This document shows, one piece after another, positions 18,536-28,760 of a DNA stretch of 64,000 nt. The notes under the pieces are model-generated. The model was given only the letters and a program-made list of their open reading frames with translations, searched no databases and was not told where the DNA came from. The translations under genes were made by a program, and so were the position numbers. Within the stretch, counting starts at the first letter, position 1. Each line of letters starts with the position of its first letter. The stretch comes from Candidatus Altimarinota bacterium (lineage in GTDB: Bacteria > Patescibacteriota > Gracilibacteria > CAIRYL01 > GCA-016699755): contig OY760935.1 of the NCBI GenBank assembly GCA_963664295.1, forward strand, positions 576,001-640,000. Reading direction: 5' to 3'.

Positions 18536-19153
18536 TTAAAATAATTTTTCTAAGATATTGTTTGCAAATTTTTCTGCTGTAGAAGGTCCATTAGCTGTAA
18601 TTATATTGCCATCAACTGTCACTTCTTCATTTGTAAAATTTGCCCCTCTTTCTTGTAATAACATACCTGGTCCACCATCTCCGTTCCAACAAGTAGCTGA
18701 AACTCCATCTAGAACACCTGCTTCTGCAAGAATGGTTGGAGCAATGCAAATGGCTGCTAAAATTTTACCATTCTCCACTGCTTCTCTTGCTATCCTGTGT
18801 GCATCAGCATCTTGTTGATAACTAACTGCACCAGGTCCTCCTATAAATATAATCACATCATAATCAACTGCTTTTACTTTATTTATTGCTATTTCTGCTT
18901 TTATTTCTTTTCCAAACTTACCAATTGCTTTTCCTGCTTCTTTACTTGCTATTACCACTTTTACTCCTTTCTCTTGTAATTTTTGGTAAGGATCTGAGAA
19001 TTCCTGATCTTGAAAATCTTTTTGGGCGATAATAAAAAGTGCTTTTTTCATTGGATTTTTTGAGTTTTGGTTATTGTTCGAAATTATACAAGATGCTAAT
19101 AGGAGTATTAAACATAAGGCCGAAACTGTTTTAAATATCTTTAATAAATTCAT
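18536..19153 (-). CDS. DJ-1/PfpI family protein, possible lipoprotein signal
   Basis: FQDQE, GGPG, AAICIAP nucleophile elbow, IITANGP; N-terminal LLLASC lipobox. Confidence 0.9.
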   Translation of the reverse strand: MNLLKIFKTVSALCLILLLASCIISNNNQNSKNPMKKALFIIAQKDFQDQEFSDPYQKLQEKGVKVVIASKEAGKAIGKFGKEIKAEIAINKVKAVDYDVIIFIGGPGAVSYQQDADAHRIAREAVENGKILAAICIAPTILAEAGVLDGVSATCWNGDGGPGMLLQERGANFTNEEVTVDGNIITANGPSTAEKFANNILEKLF

Positions 19154-19881
19154 TACCCAGCTTTTTCTGCCGTTTTAGTTTCTTTTTTGGCGGACTTTGC
19201 AGGGGTGTTTTTATTATTAGGTTTTTTATTTTCAACCTTTTTTGGACTTGGTTTAACCTGAAGAGCTTCAAGAGCTTTTATGGTAGCTTGAGCATTTACA
19301 AGTCTATTGCTTGTGCCTATTGTTTTTGCAACAATATTTTCAATACCAGCTAAATCGCAAATTTTGCGAGTAGCACCACCAGCAATAATACCACTACCTT
19401 CTCTTCCAGGCATCAATAATAAACGAGATGATTTATGTTTTATTTTAACTTGATGTGGGATAGTTCCATTTTCAATATTTATTCTAATTAGTTGTTTTTT
19501 TGCTTTTTGGATAGCCTTTTGGATACCACCAACTACTTCGGCAGATTTACCAATGCCAACACCAACCCTGCCTTTGCGATCACCAATAATAACAGTTGCT
19601 CGAAAACGCAATCTGCGACCACCTTTAACCACACGAGTCACACGGTCTATTTGCAAAACCTCCTCCATAAATTCTTTTTCTTTTTCAGGAGCACCACGCC
19701 TACCTCTTTTTCTGCGTGGAGGGCGTTTTTTCTTCTCAAATGAGCCCTTTTTATTAGCTTTTTGATCACTTTGTTGAGGACCTTTTTTAGCTTCCTCTTT
19801 CTTTTGCTCTTGTGGCTGATTTTCTTCAGCTACAACTTCTTTTGCCTCTGTTGTTTCCTCGGTTATTTTTTCTTCTACCAT
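19153..19881 (-). CDS. rpsE: 30S ribosomal protein S5 (N- and C-terminally extended)
   Basis: RVTRVVKGGRRLRF, GTIPH, GIIAGG. Confidence 0.98.
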   Translation of the reverse strand: MVEEKITEETTEAKEVVAEENQPQEQKKEEAKKGPQQSDQKANKKGSFEKKKRPPRRKRGRRGAPEKEKEFMEEVLQIDRVTRVVKGGRRLRFRATVIIGDRKGRVGVGIGKSAEVVGGIQKAIQKAKKQLIRINIENGTIPHQVKIKHKSSRLLLMPGREGSGIIAGGATRKICDLAGIENIVAKTIGTSNRLVNAQATIKALEALQVKPSPKKVENKKPNNKNTPAKSAKKETKTAEKAG

Positions 19882-19893
19882 ATTATTTAATTA

Positions 19894-20226
19894 TTAAAAT
19901 TTAAGACCACCTTCTCTTGTGCCATCAGCCAATGCTTTTACACGACCATGATAAGCAAAACCATTGCGATCAAATACACAAGAGGTGATTTTTTTATCTT
20001 GAGCTTTTTTTGCAAGCTCTTTGCCTGCCTCAAGAGCAGAGTTAATTGTTTTGTCTTTTGAGCTCACAGAAGCTAAAGTCACACCTTTATCATCATCTAT
20101 AAGCTGTGCATGAGTACAAGTCAATGAGCGATATACACTAAGTCTTGGTCTTTTTGTAGTACCGCTTACTTTAGCCCTTACACGCGCTTTTTTTCTTAGC
20201 CTTTGAGCTTGCTTTTTAGTTGGCAT
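19894..20226 (-). CDS. rplR: 50S ribosomal protein L18
   Basis: RPRLSVYRS, FDRNG..YHGRVKALA. Confidence 0.98.
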   Translation of the reverse strand: MPTKKQAQRLRKKARVRAKVSGTTKRPRLSVYRSLTCTHAQLIDDDKGVTLASVSSKDKTINSALEAGKELAKKAQDKKITSCVFDRNGFAYHGRVKALADGTREGGLKF

Positions 20227-20243
20227 ATTTCTCTTAATTAAAA

Positions 20244-20792
20244 TTATTTAGCACCCGCTTTTTTACCAGCTTTGCGAGTAATGTGTTCATCAATATATTT
20301 AATACCCTTACCTTTGTATGGTTCAGGCTTTCTGTATTCTCTGATCTCTGCAGCAAATTGACCTACTTTTTGCTTATCAATACCTTTGATTATTAAGATA
20401 TTTTTCTTTTCTTGATCAATTTCCACAGTCACACCTTCTGGAGCTTTCATGATAACAGGATGAGAAAAACCAAGATGTAATGTAATTTGAGCTCCTCCGC
20501 CTTCTGCTCTATATCCAACACCATTTATTTCTAATTTTTTCTCAAAACCATCTTTAACACCTGTGATCAAGTTGGCTAAAAGGGCTCTAGTCAAACCGTG
20601 AGCTGCTCTATCTTCTTTGATATCACTATTACGAGCAATCGTAATTATTTTATCTTCAATGTTAACTTTTACATTATCCATTACTTCCATAGAAAGCTCT
20701 CCTTTTGAGCCTTTTACTGTAATAAGCTTTTTTTCAAGCTTTACTTCAACTCCTTCTGGAATTTCAATCGGCAATTTTCCTATTCTAGACAT
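20244..20792 (-). CDS. rplF: 50S ribosomal protein L6
   Basis: MSRIGK, PEPYKGKGI. Confidence 0.98.
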   Translation of the reverse strand: MSRIGKLPIEIPEGVEVKLEKKLITVKGSKGELSMEVMDNVKVNIEDKIITIARNSDIKEDRAAHGLTRALLANLITGVKDGFEKKLEINGVGYRAEGGGAQITLHLGFSHPVIMKAPEGVTVEIDQEKKNILIIKGIDKQKVGQFAAEIREYRKPEPYKGKGIKYIDEHITRKAGKKAGAK

Positions 20793-20810
20793 TATTTAAT
20801 AAATTAAATA

Positions 20811-21194
20811 TCAATAAACTTCACAAAGAATTTCTCCGCCAATTTTGTCTGCTTTTGCATCTTCTCCTGTCATTACGCCTTTTGATGTAGAAACTATATA
20901 AATTCCTAAACCATTTAAACTGGACATAATTTCTTCTGACTTTTTAAATACTCTACGACCAGGCTTAGACACTCTAGTTAAAGTAAGTGCACTTTTGTTG
21001 CGAGGAAGAAGTATTTTAATATCTTTAAATTTTTTATCTTGAATCAATTTACTACCTTCTATAAAACCTTTTTTCTCTAAAATCTGGACAATGTCCATTT
21101 TTATTTTTGAATAAGGAACAATTGTATATTCCTGCTGAGCCTTAAATGCATTACGTATTCTTGTTAAAAGATCTGCTATTGGGTCTGTATTCAT
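20811..21194 (-). CDS. rpsH: 30S ribosomal protein S8
   Basis: DPIADLLTRIRNA, SKPGRR, STSKGVM, GGE. Confidence 0.98.
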   Translation of the reverse strand: MNTDPIADLLTRIRNAFKAQQEYTIVPYSKIKMDIVQILEKKGFIEGSKLIQDKKFKDIKILLPRNKSALTLTRVSKPGRRVFKKSEEIMSSLNGLGIYIVSTSKGVMTGEDAKADKIGGEILCEVY

Positions 21195-21212
21195 ACTTAA
21201 TTTAAATAATAA

Positions 21213-21437
21213 TTACCAAGAAGATTTTTTAAGTCCTGCAATTTCACCTTTACTAGCCAATTCCCTAGCACATTGTCTGCAAAGACCTAGAAGGCGGATA
21301 TGACCACGAGGGCGACCGCATTTATTACAACGATTACGAACGCGAATTGCTTTTTCTGGCTTTTTACCAGCTGCCAAAGCACGCTCTACCTGCTTAATTC
21401 TTTTTTCATTTCTGACAATTTTAGATTTCTTAGCCAT
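21213..21437 (-). CDS. rpsN: 30S ribosomal protein S14, Zn-binding type
   Basis: RCNKCGRPR...LCRQC, KKSSW. Confidence 0.95.
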   Translation of the reverse strand: MAKKSKIVRNEKRIKQVERALAAGKKPEKAIRVRNRCNKCGRPRGHIRLLGLCRQCARELASKGEIAGLKKSSW

Positions 21438-21439
21438 AA

Positions 21440-21979
21440 TTACTTTTTAAAAGGAAAACCAAATTTATCCATCAAAGCGAATAATTCTTCATTATTTTTA
21501 GCTGTAGTAGTGAAAGTAATTTCAATACCATGTAATTCTTTTGATTCAACTTCGCCAATTTCCGGAAAAGCATGGTGTTCTTTGATGCCAATTGAAAAAT
21601 TGCCATGACCATCAGCTTTGCGAGCAAAACCACGAAAATCACGAATACGAGGAATTGAGACAAAAATAAGTCTGTCTAAAAAATCATACATTTTTTTACC
21701 ACGAAGAGTGACAGAAGCACCAACTGGCATTCCTTCTCTTAGTTTAAAATTAGAAATTGATTTTCTAGCTTTCTTTACAACAGGTTTTTGACCAGTTATT
21801 TTTGCAAGAGCTTCTTCAAATCTTTCAGTTTTTTTCTCACCACTTCTTGTCAAAATAGAGCCAAAACCAACATTAACAGTGATTTTTTCTAATTTTGGCA
21901 CTGCCATCGGATTTTTGATGCCCAGATCTTTTTGAATAGCTGGTGCAACTTCTTGCCTATATGTTTCAACTAAACTCAT
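21440..21979 (-). CDS. rplE: 50S ribosomal protein L5
   Basis: [25 protein letters not shown]. Confidence 0.98.
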   Translation of the reverse strand: MSLVETYRQEVAPAIQKDLGIKNPMAVPKLEKITVNVGFGSILTRSGEKKTERFEEALAKITGQKPVVKKARKSISNFKLREGMPVGASVTLRGKKMYDFLDRLIFVSIPRIRDFRGFARKADGHGNFSIGIKEHHAFPEIGEVESKELHGIEITFTTTAKNNEELFALMDKFGFPFKK

Positions 21980-21980
21980 A

Positions 21981-22307
21981 TTATGATTTTACAAAAGATT
22001 GTTCAAGGCTAGCAGAACATTTCTTACATGTTCTTGCTCTTTTTCCAGATTTAGTCACCAAAACAGTAACTCTGGTTGGTTTTTTGCAAGATGGACAAAC
22101 AACTTGCACATTAGAAGCGTCAATAGGAGCTTCTATTTCCACTCTTTGTCCAGCTTGTTCACGAGTTTTCTTAATATGTTTTTTAGCAATATTAACTTTC
22201 TCTACAACAACACGACCATTTTTACGGTCAGTGCGGATTACTTTTCCTTTTTTACCTTTGTCTTTGCCGGCAATTACAATTACATTATCGTTTGTCTTTA
22301 CTCTCAT
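21981..22307 (-). CDS. rplX: 50S ribosomal protein L24
   Basis: VIAGKDKGK.G, EAPIDASNV. Confidence 0.98.
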   Translation of the reverse strand: MRVKTNDNVIVIAGKDKGKKGKVIRTDRKNGRVVVEKVNIAKKHIKKTREQAGQRVEIEAPIDASNVQVVCPSCKKPTRVTVLVTKSGKRARTCKKCSASLEQSFVKS

Positions 22308-22312
22308 TTTAT

Positions 22313-22681
22313 TTACAAAACATCAGGTGCTAAAGATATAATTTTCTGGAAACCTTTGTCTCTAAGCTCACGAGCCACAGGCCCGAAAACACGAGTACCT
22401 CTTGGTTGTCCTTCGTTATTTACAATTACTACTGCATTTTCATCAAAACGAATTGTGGTGCCATTTTTTCTGCGTACAGCTTTCTTTTGGCGAACAATAA
22501 CCGCCTTTTGAACTGATTTCTTTTTTACAACACCTTTTGGGCTGGCTTTTTTAACAGCAACAACGATAATGTCGCCGATTTGTGCATAGCGTCTTTTTGA
22601 ACCGCCTAAAACCTTAATGCACTGTACGCTTTTTGCGCCTGTATTGTCAGCCACAGCCAATTTTGTCTCTGGAATAATCAT
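22313..22681 (-). CDS. rplN: 50S ribosomal protein L14
   Basis: [20 protein letters not shown]. Confidence 0.98.
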   Translation of the reverse strand: MIIPETKLAVADNTGAKSVQCIKVLGGSKRRYAQIGDIIVVAVKKASPKGVVKKKSVQKAVIVRQKKAVRRKNGTTIRFDENAVVIVNNEGQPRGTRVFGPVARELRDKGFQKIISLAPDVL

Positions 22682-23130
22682 TTTTCTTCTGAGTTAGATT
22701 CTTTATCTTCATTAGAAGCTTCTGCTTCTACTTCTTCTTTCTCCTCTTCTTTTTCTACTTTCTCCTCTGTTTCTTCTAGCTTTTTAGCTTCTTCCTCTTG
22801 TTTAGCTTTCTCCTCTTCTTGCTTTGCTTTTTCAGCTTTGCGTTCAAGAATAGCTTTTGTATCCTCCTCTATAACATCTGCACCTAGTTCATCAAAAGCT
22901 TTTTTAACAATTTTGTCTATCTTCCAGCGTTTTAGCTTAGATATTGGTTTTGTTTCAGAGATAATTACCTCGTCACCAATTTTACATTCATTAGCTTCAT
23001 CATGAGCATGGAATTTTTTACTTACTCTATATGATTTTCTGAAAATTGGATGCATTTTCTTTGTATGAACAGTGACTATTACTGTTTTATCTTGTTTAGC
23101 CGATGTTACAAGTCCTTTTTTATAGCGCAT
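22678..23130 (-). CDS. rpsQ: 30S ribosomal protein S17 with acidic C-terminal extension
   Basis: G.V.S.K.DKT, AHDE, GD.V.I.E..P.SK.K.W. Confidence 0.95.
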   Translation of the reverse strand: MRYKKGLVTSAKQDKTVIVTVHTKKMHPIFRKSYRVSKKFHAHDEANECKIGDEVIISETKPISKLKRWKIDKIVKKAFDELGADVIEEDTKAILERKAEKAKQEEEKAKQEEEAKKLEETEEKVEKEEEKEEVEAEASNEDKESNSEEK

Positions 23131-23144
23131 AATAATTTAAAAAC

Positions 23145-23357
23145 TTATTTAGCAGTTGTTACTGCTTCTTTATTTTTTTCACTTAAAATTGTTTTTAGAC
23201 GAGCAATATATTTCTTTTGCTTACCTTTCTTGCTCAAATCTTTTTCTTGACTAGCTTCGGTTTTAATAGAAACTTCCACTAAGTTATTTTCTGCTTTTGC
23301 AATCTCTTTTTCTATTTCTACTGCACTAAGCCCTCGAATTTCTTCATTATTTTTCAT
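23145..23357 (-). CDS. rpmC: 50S ribosomal protein L29
   Basis: KK.IARLKT motif; position between rplP and rpsQ. Confidence 0.9.
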   Translation of the reverse strand: MKNNEEIRGLSAVEIEKEIAKAENNLVEVSIKTEASQEKDLSKKGKQKKYIARLKTILSEKNKEAVTTAK

Positions 23358-23359
23358 AT

Positions 23360-23779
23360 TTATACGTGTGATTTTTCAACAAATTTAGTTTTAATAGGGA
23401 GTTTTGCACTAGCAAGGCGAAAAGCTTCTCTCGCTAATTCTTCGCTTACTCCTTCCATTTCAAAAATAACTTTACCTGCTCGAATTGGAAAAACATAAAA
23501 ATCAACACTACCTTTTCCTCCTCCCATTGGCACTTCTGCGGCCTTGCGAGTAATTGGTTTATGTGGAAAAATTCTAATCCACACTTTACCACCACGCTTA
23601 ATACTACGTGTAATAGCTCTACGAGCTGCTTCAATTTGTCTTGAAGTTAATTCTCCTGGAGCTTGGGCTTTTAAGCCGTATGCTCCAAAAGCTACTTTAT
23701 GACCAGAAGTTGCCTTTCCTTTCAAGGAACTTCTTTGTCTATGTATCTTCCTATACTTTTGCTTCTTTGGAATAAGCAT
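23360..23779 (-). CDS. rplP: 50S ribosomal protein L16 (start at MLIPKK)
   Basis: [26 protein letters not shown]. Confidence 0.98.
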   Translation of the reverse strand: MLIPKKQKYRKIHRQRSSLKGKATSGHKVAFGAYGLKAQAPGELTSRQIEAARRAITRSIKRGGKVWIRIFPHKPITRKAAEVPMGGGKGSVDFYVFPIRAGKVIFEMEGVSEELAREAFRLASAKLPIKTKFVEKSHV

Positions 23780-23937
23780 TTCGCCAGTAAAAAACACAAA
23801 AAATGCCAAGAAAGTTTGCCTTGTTTAAAAAGATAAGTCAAGGATTTTTTTTAAAAAAAGCAAAAAAAGAATAAATATATAAAAAAATAGGCTTATTAAG
23901 CCTATTAAGAACTACATTTAAGCAATATTATTAAATA

Positions 23938-24516
23938 TTATTTAAATTCTGGATCTATACAAATTTTACTTTCCTCTGGCATTTCTTGATTTTGATATTT
24001 TTGAGATTTTTTTTGGTGATAAGGAACTTCCGCAGGAGAACTCATTGTTTCAAAAGCAAGCTGACAAACACGCATGCCCGGATAAAGAGCAATTGGCATA
24101 CGATTTAAATTGGAAATCTCCAAAGTGATAGTGCCTACAAAACCAGCATCAATAAAACCAGCAGTAGAATGCACAACAATACCAAGACGCCCCAAAGAAC
24201 TACGCCCTTCTACTCTAGCAACCATGTCATCAGGTAAACCAACTTTTTCCTCTGTGACACCCAATACAAATTCACCAGGCTGAACAATAAATGGCTCATC
24301 CCCTTCCACTTCAATTAACTTTGTTATGCCATTTTCTTGATCTTTACAAGGGTCAATAAGAGCATGCTTGGAATGCTGAAAAACACGAAAATATTTACCA
24401 AGACGCAAGTCCATAGAGCTGGCATGAACTTGTTCCATATAATTAGGACGAGGACTTTCTATTAGTATCCTGCCATTTTCAATCTCTTTTTTAATATCAC
24501 GGTCAGAAAGTATCAT
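23938..24516 (-). CDS. dcd: dCTP deaminase
   Basis: MILSDRDI, GRSSLGRLG, TAGFIDAGF.G.ITLE. Confidence 0.95.
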   Translation of the reverse strand: MILSDRDIKKEIENGRILIESPRPNYMEQVHASSMDLRLGKYFRVFQHSKHALIDPCKDQENGITKLIEVEGDEPFIVQPGEFVLGVTEEKVGLPDDMVARVEGRSSLGRLGIVVHSTAGFIDAGFVGTITLEISNLNRMPIALYPGMRVCQLAFETMSSPAEVPYHQKKSQKYQNQEMPEESKICIDPEFK

Positions 24517-24564
24517 TTTTTATTCAAAAAACGCTTGTTAATTTTCCATGTTTTTAAAAACTAG

Positions 24565-25422
24565 TCAAACCAAAACCTCTTGTTCAACTGGTATTTTTCT
24601 TACTCTCAAGATAAAAGTAAGTCTTAAAATTATAAATAAAACAGAAGAAAGAGCACTAATAACAACTGAAAAAAGCAAAGAAAAAGGAGCCAAAACTGCA
24701 AAAATAACAAAACCAAAAAAAGCAGAAAGAGGAAAATCTACAAATTCCTCAAACTGTTTTTCAATTTGATATTTTAAAACTGATTCTTTGCCGATGTTTT
24801 CATTTTGATCAATGCCAAATTCTGCAAAAATTTTATTTTTCGCCTCTGTGAGTATGCTTTTTTCACAATTTTTGTTCCCCTGACATTCAGTTAAAAGTGG
24901 CTCTGTTTTAGTATCAACAAGCTCGTCAAAAGTCATATCAGTTAAACCTTTTTCTCCGCCAAATTCAATATTTGTTAATAAATCAGTTCCATCAAGTGCC
25001 AATTTTTTAATATCATCATAAGTAGTATTAAATGCTACAAAAATAGCTAAAATTAAAGCAGATAAAATAAAAGTTTGACTCAAAGCAGATCTAACACTTT
25101 TTTGATAATCTATTTTAATACGCAAAGCAAAATCTCGCCTAACAGCAAAAAACAAAAACGCCATTGGCAAGCCAATAAACAAAGACAAAGGCACAAAAAT
25201 ATCAATAACAAAATCAAGAATTAACCACAACAAAGGAAAAAACAAAGAAAGCCAGGTTTTTTGCGTAAAAGAAGCCAAAAAAATCACCACACAAATATGC
25301 GCAAAAAATAAAACTAAAATTAACCAAAAACTCAAAAAATAACTTATTGCAACATAAAAACCCAAAACAGTTAAAGTTGCTATAAATAAAAATGAATATT
25401 CTTTTTTGCTTAATGGCTCCAT
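24565..25422 (-). CDS. Hypothetical membrane protein
   Basis: Multiple TM helices around a soluble loop. Confidence 0.75.
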   Translation of the reverse strand: MEPLSKKEYSFLFIATLTVLGFYVAISYFLSFWLILVLFFAHICVVIFLASFTQKTWLSLFFPLLWLILDFVIDIFVPLSLFIGLPMAFLFFAVRRDFALRIKIDYQKSVRSALSQTFILSALILAIFVAFNTTYDDIKKLALDGTDLLTNIEFGGEKGLTDMTFDELVDTKTEPLLTECQGNKNCEKSILTEAKNKIFAEFGIDQNENIGKESVLKYQIEKQFEEFVDFPLSAFFGFVIFAVLAPFSLLFSVVISALSSVLFIILRLTFILRVRKIPVEQEVLV

Positions 25423-25522
25423 AAATTATTTTAAACTTCAAAAAAGATTGTAAATTATGAAATTTAGATTGTCTATAAAAGAGTTTTATGTAAAATAAAA
25501 TATATATTTTTTATAGATAAAA

Positions 25523-25987
25523 ATGGAAAAAACATTAATTATTATCAAACCTGATGGTGTACAAAGAGGTTTAGTCGGCGAAGTGACTCGCAGATTAGAA
25601 CGCAAGGGGCTTAAGCTTGTTGGCATGAAAATGATGAACCTTGAAGAAGCAATGCTTGCTGATCATTATTCTCATTTAAAAGACAAACCTTTCTTTGGCG
25701 GTATTGTGAATTTCATGAAAAGTTCACCTGTTGTTGTGCAATGCTGGGAAGGAAAAGATGCATCTAATGCTGTGCGTTTAATTTGTGGTATTACTAATGC
25801 CCGTGAAGCAGACGGAGGAACAATTCGTGGTGATTTTGCTATGAGTATGCAATGTAATGTTGTTCATGCTTCTGATAGTGCTGAAAATGCTAAAAAAGAA
25901 GTTGCAAGATTTTTTAAACCAGAAGAAATATTTGAATACAAAAAAGACGAATATATTCATGTTTACGCAGAAGACGAAAGAAAATAA
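25523..25987 (+). CDS. ndk: Nucleoside diphosphate kinase
   Basis: IKPDGVQR, GTIRGDF, NVVHASDS. Confidence 0.97.
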   Translation: MEKTLIIIKPDGVQRGLVGEVTRRLERKGLKLVGMKMMNLEEAMLADHYSHLKDKPFFGGIVNFMKSSPVVVQCWEGKDASNAVRLICGITNAREADGGTIRGDFAMSMQCNVVHASDSAENAKKEVARFFKPEEIFEYKKDEYIHVYAEDERK

Positions 25988-26015
25988 TAAAGCTTTAAGC
26001 TAGCAAGTCGAACAT

Positions 26016-26043
26016 AAAAACCGTTTTTTAAAAGCGGTTTTTT
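26016..26043 (+). terminator. Intrinsic terminator after ndk
   Basis: AAAAACCG...CGGTTTTTT. Confidence 0.7.
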
Positions 26044-26094
26044 ATTGACATAAAATAATCTTATGTTTAAGTTATATATAAAATTTTATTTATT

Positions 26095-26322
26095 ATGAAA
26101 AAAACGCCAAGCAAACCAGATATAATAAATCCTGAACAAAAAATAGTTGATAATCTTTCTCAAGATGCAATAAATCAAATGAATTTAATGATGCAAGCAA
26201 CAACAATTGACGCAATAACTGCCTACGCAATTGTCACAGAAGACGCAAAAGATAAACTTGACCCAGATAGGCTTTTTGAAAATCTTATGGCAAAAATCAC
26301 AAAAGCCTTACCTGAAATTTAA
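26095..26322 (+). CDS. Small hypothetical protein
   Basis: 75-aa ORF preceded by TTGACA at 26045. Confidence 0.6.
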   Translation: MKKTPSKPDIINPEQKIVDNLSQDAINQMNLMMQATTIDAITAYAIVTEDAKDKLDPDRLFENLMAKITKALPEI

Positions 26323-26431
26323 TTAAAAAACTAAAAATTTGTTATATTAAAGCCATTTTTACAAAAAACTTCCAAAAATAATTTGCAAAATTTTGTTTTT
26401 TATGTAAGAATTTTATGAACTTTAAAAATTT

Positions 26432-28210
26432 ATGAAAAAATTAGACAATTGGATTAAAGATACTCTTGATCCAAAAAACAAAAAAATAAATAAGAGTAAA
26501 AAAAATATAAAAAACCCTAAAAAATTCAGACCAAAAAAACCTAAAAAAATGCGTATTATTGCATTAGGTGGTTTAAATGAAGTTGGTAAAAACTGCATGG
26601 CCTTTGAATATGGTAATGACATTGTGGTTGTTGACACAGGGCTACAGTTTCCTGAAGAAGATATGCTGGGAATTGATTTTGTAATTCCTGACATGACCTA
26701 CCTTGAGGACAATAAACAAAAAATTCGTGCGCTGATTGTCACCCATGGGCATTTAGATCATATTGGCGCAGTCCCCCACTTTCTAAAAAAATTTCCTGAT
26801 ATCCCAGTAATAGCCACAAAACTAACAATTGGTATGATTCAAAAACACAGCGAGGAATATAAAATTAAAAACACCAAACTAAGAACAGTTGATCCAGAAA
26901 AAGACACTGTTGAAATAGGTTCTTTTAAAATTTCATTTTTTAGAGTAAACCATTCTATTCCTGATGGCATGGGGGTTTTCTTTGAAACTCCAGCAGGCAA
27001 TTTTATGCATACTGGTGATTTTAAGTTTGATTTTCGCCCTGCAGACGGGATTATGATGGACATTGGACAGCTAGCCAGAATTGGCAAAAAAGGAGTTGAT
27101 GTGCTTTTTGCAGACTCAACTAATGCACAAAAAAAAGGCTACTGCATGTCTGAATATGTAATTGCTAAAAACCTGGAACAAGTTATTGCTCAAGCAAAAG
27201 GCAGGTTAATTATTGCTTCTTTTTCTTCACTAATTGGCAGACTACAACAAATAGCAGATATAGCTATTAAAGAAGACCGTAAAATTTTTATTTCTGGTCG
27301 TAGTATGCTAAAAAATATAGAATTAGCAGTAAAACTTGGTTATTTTAAAGTACCAAAAGGCGTAATCCATAAACTATCCTCAAAAAATCTTGATTTGCCA
27401 CCAAACAAAGTGCTAATTCTAACTACAGGTTCACAAGGAGAGTCTATGAGCGCCTTAACTCGCATATCACTAGACGAACATCCACATATTAAAATACAAA
27501 AAGGAGATACAGTTGTGTTTTCATCTTCTCCTATTCCAGGCAATGAACGTTCTACAACAAATGTAGTTAATAATCTTTTTCGCCTTGGTGCTCATGTGAT
27601 AACTAATGACGCAATGGATGTGCACACATCAGGTCATGCCCACAAAGAAGACTTAAAAATGATGCAGTCTATTGTGAAACCACGCTATACTGTGCCAATT
27701 CACGGTGAATTTTATATGCGCATGGCTCACAAAGAAATGCTAATCAATGAATATGGACTAGAAGAAAAACAAGTTGTTATCTTAGAAAATGGCTCAATTT
27801 TAGAAATTGAAAATGGCTATGCTCGCAAATCAAAAGAGAAAGCATCAGCAAACCTAATTATGATTGACGGAATTGGTGTTGGAGATGTTGGCACCAGAGT
27901 TATTCGTGATCGCCAAGTAATGTCTGAAAATGGTGTTGTTATTGCCCTTTTCCGTGCTTTTGAAAAATCAAAAAGATTAGTTGGTGACCCAGATATAATC
28001 TCCCGAGGATTTATATATATCAAAGAAAGCAAACAAGTAGCAGAAGAAGCACGCGAAAGAGCACGCAAAGCTTTTGAAGAAACAATAAAGAAAAATCCAA
28101 AAGCAGATCTAAAAACTATTAAACATGATGTTGCTCGTAGCTTGCGTACTTTTATAGCTAAACGACTTGCTCGTGAACCAATGGTGATACCTTTGATAGT
28201 TTTTGTTTAA
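26432..28210 (+). CDS. rnj: Ribonuclease J
   Basis: GGLNEVGKN, THGHLDHIG, NHSIPD, HTGDFK, TGSQGE, HTSGHA. Confidence 0.97.
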   Translation: MKKLDNWIKDTLDPKNKKINKSKKNIKNPKKFRPKKPKKMRIIALGGLNEVGKNCMAFEYGNDIVVVDTGLQFPEEDMLGIDFVIPDMTYLEDNKQKIRALIVTHGHLDHIGAVPHFLKKFPDIPVIATKLTIGMIQKHSEEYKIKNTKLRTVDPEKDTVEIGSFKISFFRVNHSIPDGMGVFFETPAGNFMHTGDFKFDFRPADGIMMDIGQLARIGKKGVDVLFADSTNAQKKGYCMSEYVIAKNLEQVIAQAKGRLIIASFSSLIGRLQQIADIAIKEDRKIFISGRSMLKNIELAVKLGYFKVPKGVIHKLSSKNLDLPPNKVLILTTGSQGESMSALTRISLDEHPHIKIQKGDTVVFSSSPIPGNERSTTNVVNNLFRLGAHVITNDAMDVHTSGHAHKEDLKMMQSIVKPRYTVPIHGEFYMRMAHKEMLINEYGLEEKQVVILENGSILEIENGYARKSKEKASANLIMIDGIGVGDVGTRVIRDRQVMSENGVVIALFRAFEKSKRLVGDPDIISRGFIYIKESKQVAEEARERARKAFEETIKKNPKADLKTIKHDVARSLRTFIAKRLAREPMVIPLIVFV

Positions 28211-28757
28211 AATTGTGAAAAAACTTATTATTACTGCCCATCCCAGCAAGGAAGGATTTACTCATCAAATCGCCCTTGCTTTTGAAAATGAAAGCAAAAA
28301 AATGGGATATGAAACAAAAATCCTTGATTTATATCAAGAAAAACAGGAGTTTTTAAGTTTTAATACAGAAAAAGACCTTTATCAAAAGCCACAAACAGAT
28401 TTAATTAACTGGGCAGATGAATTTGTTTTTGTTTTTCCTATTTGGTGGTACAGCGCACCTGCTGTTGTTAAAAATTTTTTTGATGCCAATTTTGTAGCAG
28501 GACTTGCTTATAAATATGAACACGGCATACCAAAAGGCTTATTTAAAAACAAAACTGTAAGATTTTTGACCACCAGTGGAGGCCCGCCACTTTTCTATTA
28601 TCTCCGTCTTGCGCCCACTATTGGTCTTTGGAAAAGTAGATTTAGATTTTGTGGAATTAAAACAAAATCATTTTCAGTATTTGGACCAAAGTCAAAACGC
28701 ACACCTGAGATAATAGAAAAACAATTAAAAAAAGTGCGTAAAATAGCAAGAAAGTAA
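28203..28757 (+). CDS. NAD(P)H-dependent flavodoxin-fold oxidoreductase (start likely 28215)
   Basis: AHP, WAD..VF.FPIWW...PA..K.FFD, TSGG. Confidence 0.88.
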   Translation: MFKIVKKLIITAHPSKEGFTHQIALAFENESKKMGYETKILDLYQEKQEFLSFNTEKDLYQKPQTDLINWADEFVFVFPIWWYSAPAVVKNFFDANFVAGLAYKYEHGIPKGLFKNKTVRFLTTSGGPPLFYYLRLAPTIGLWKSRFRFCGIKTKSFSVFGPKSKRTPEIIEKQLKKVRKIARK

Positions 28758-28760
28758 AAA

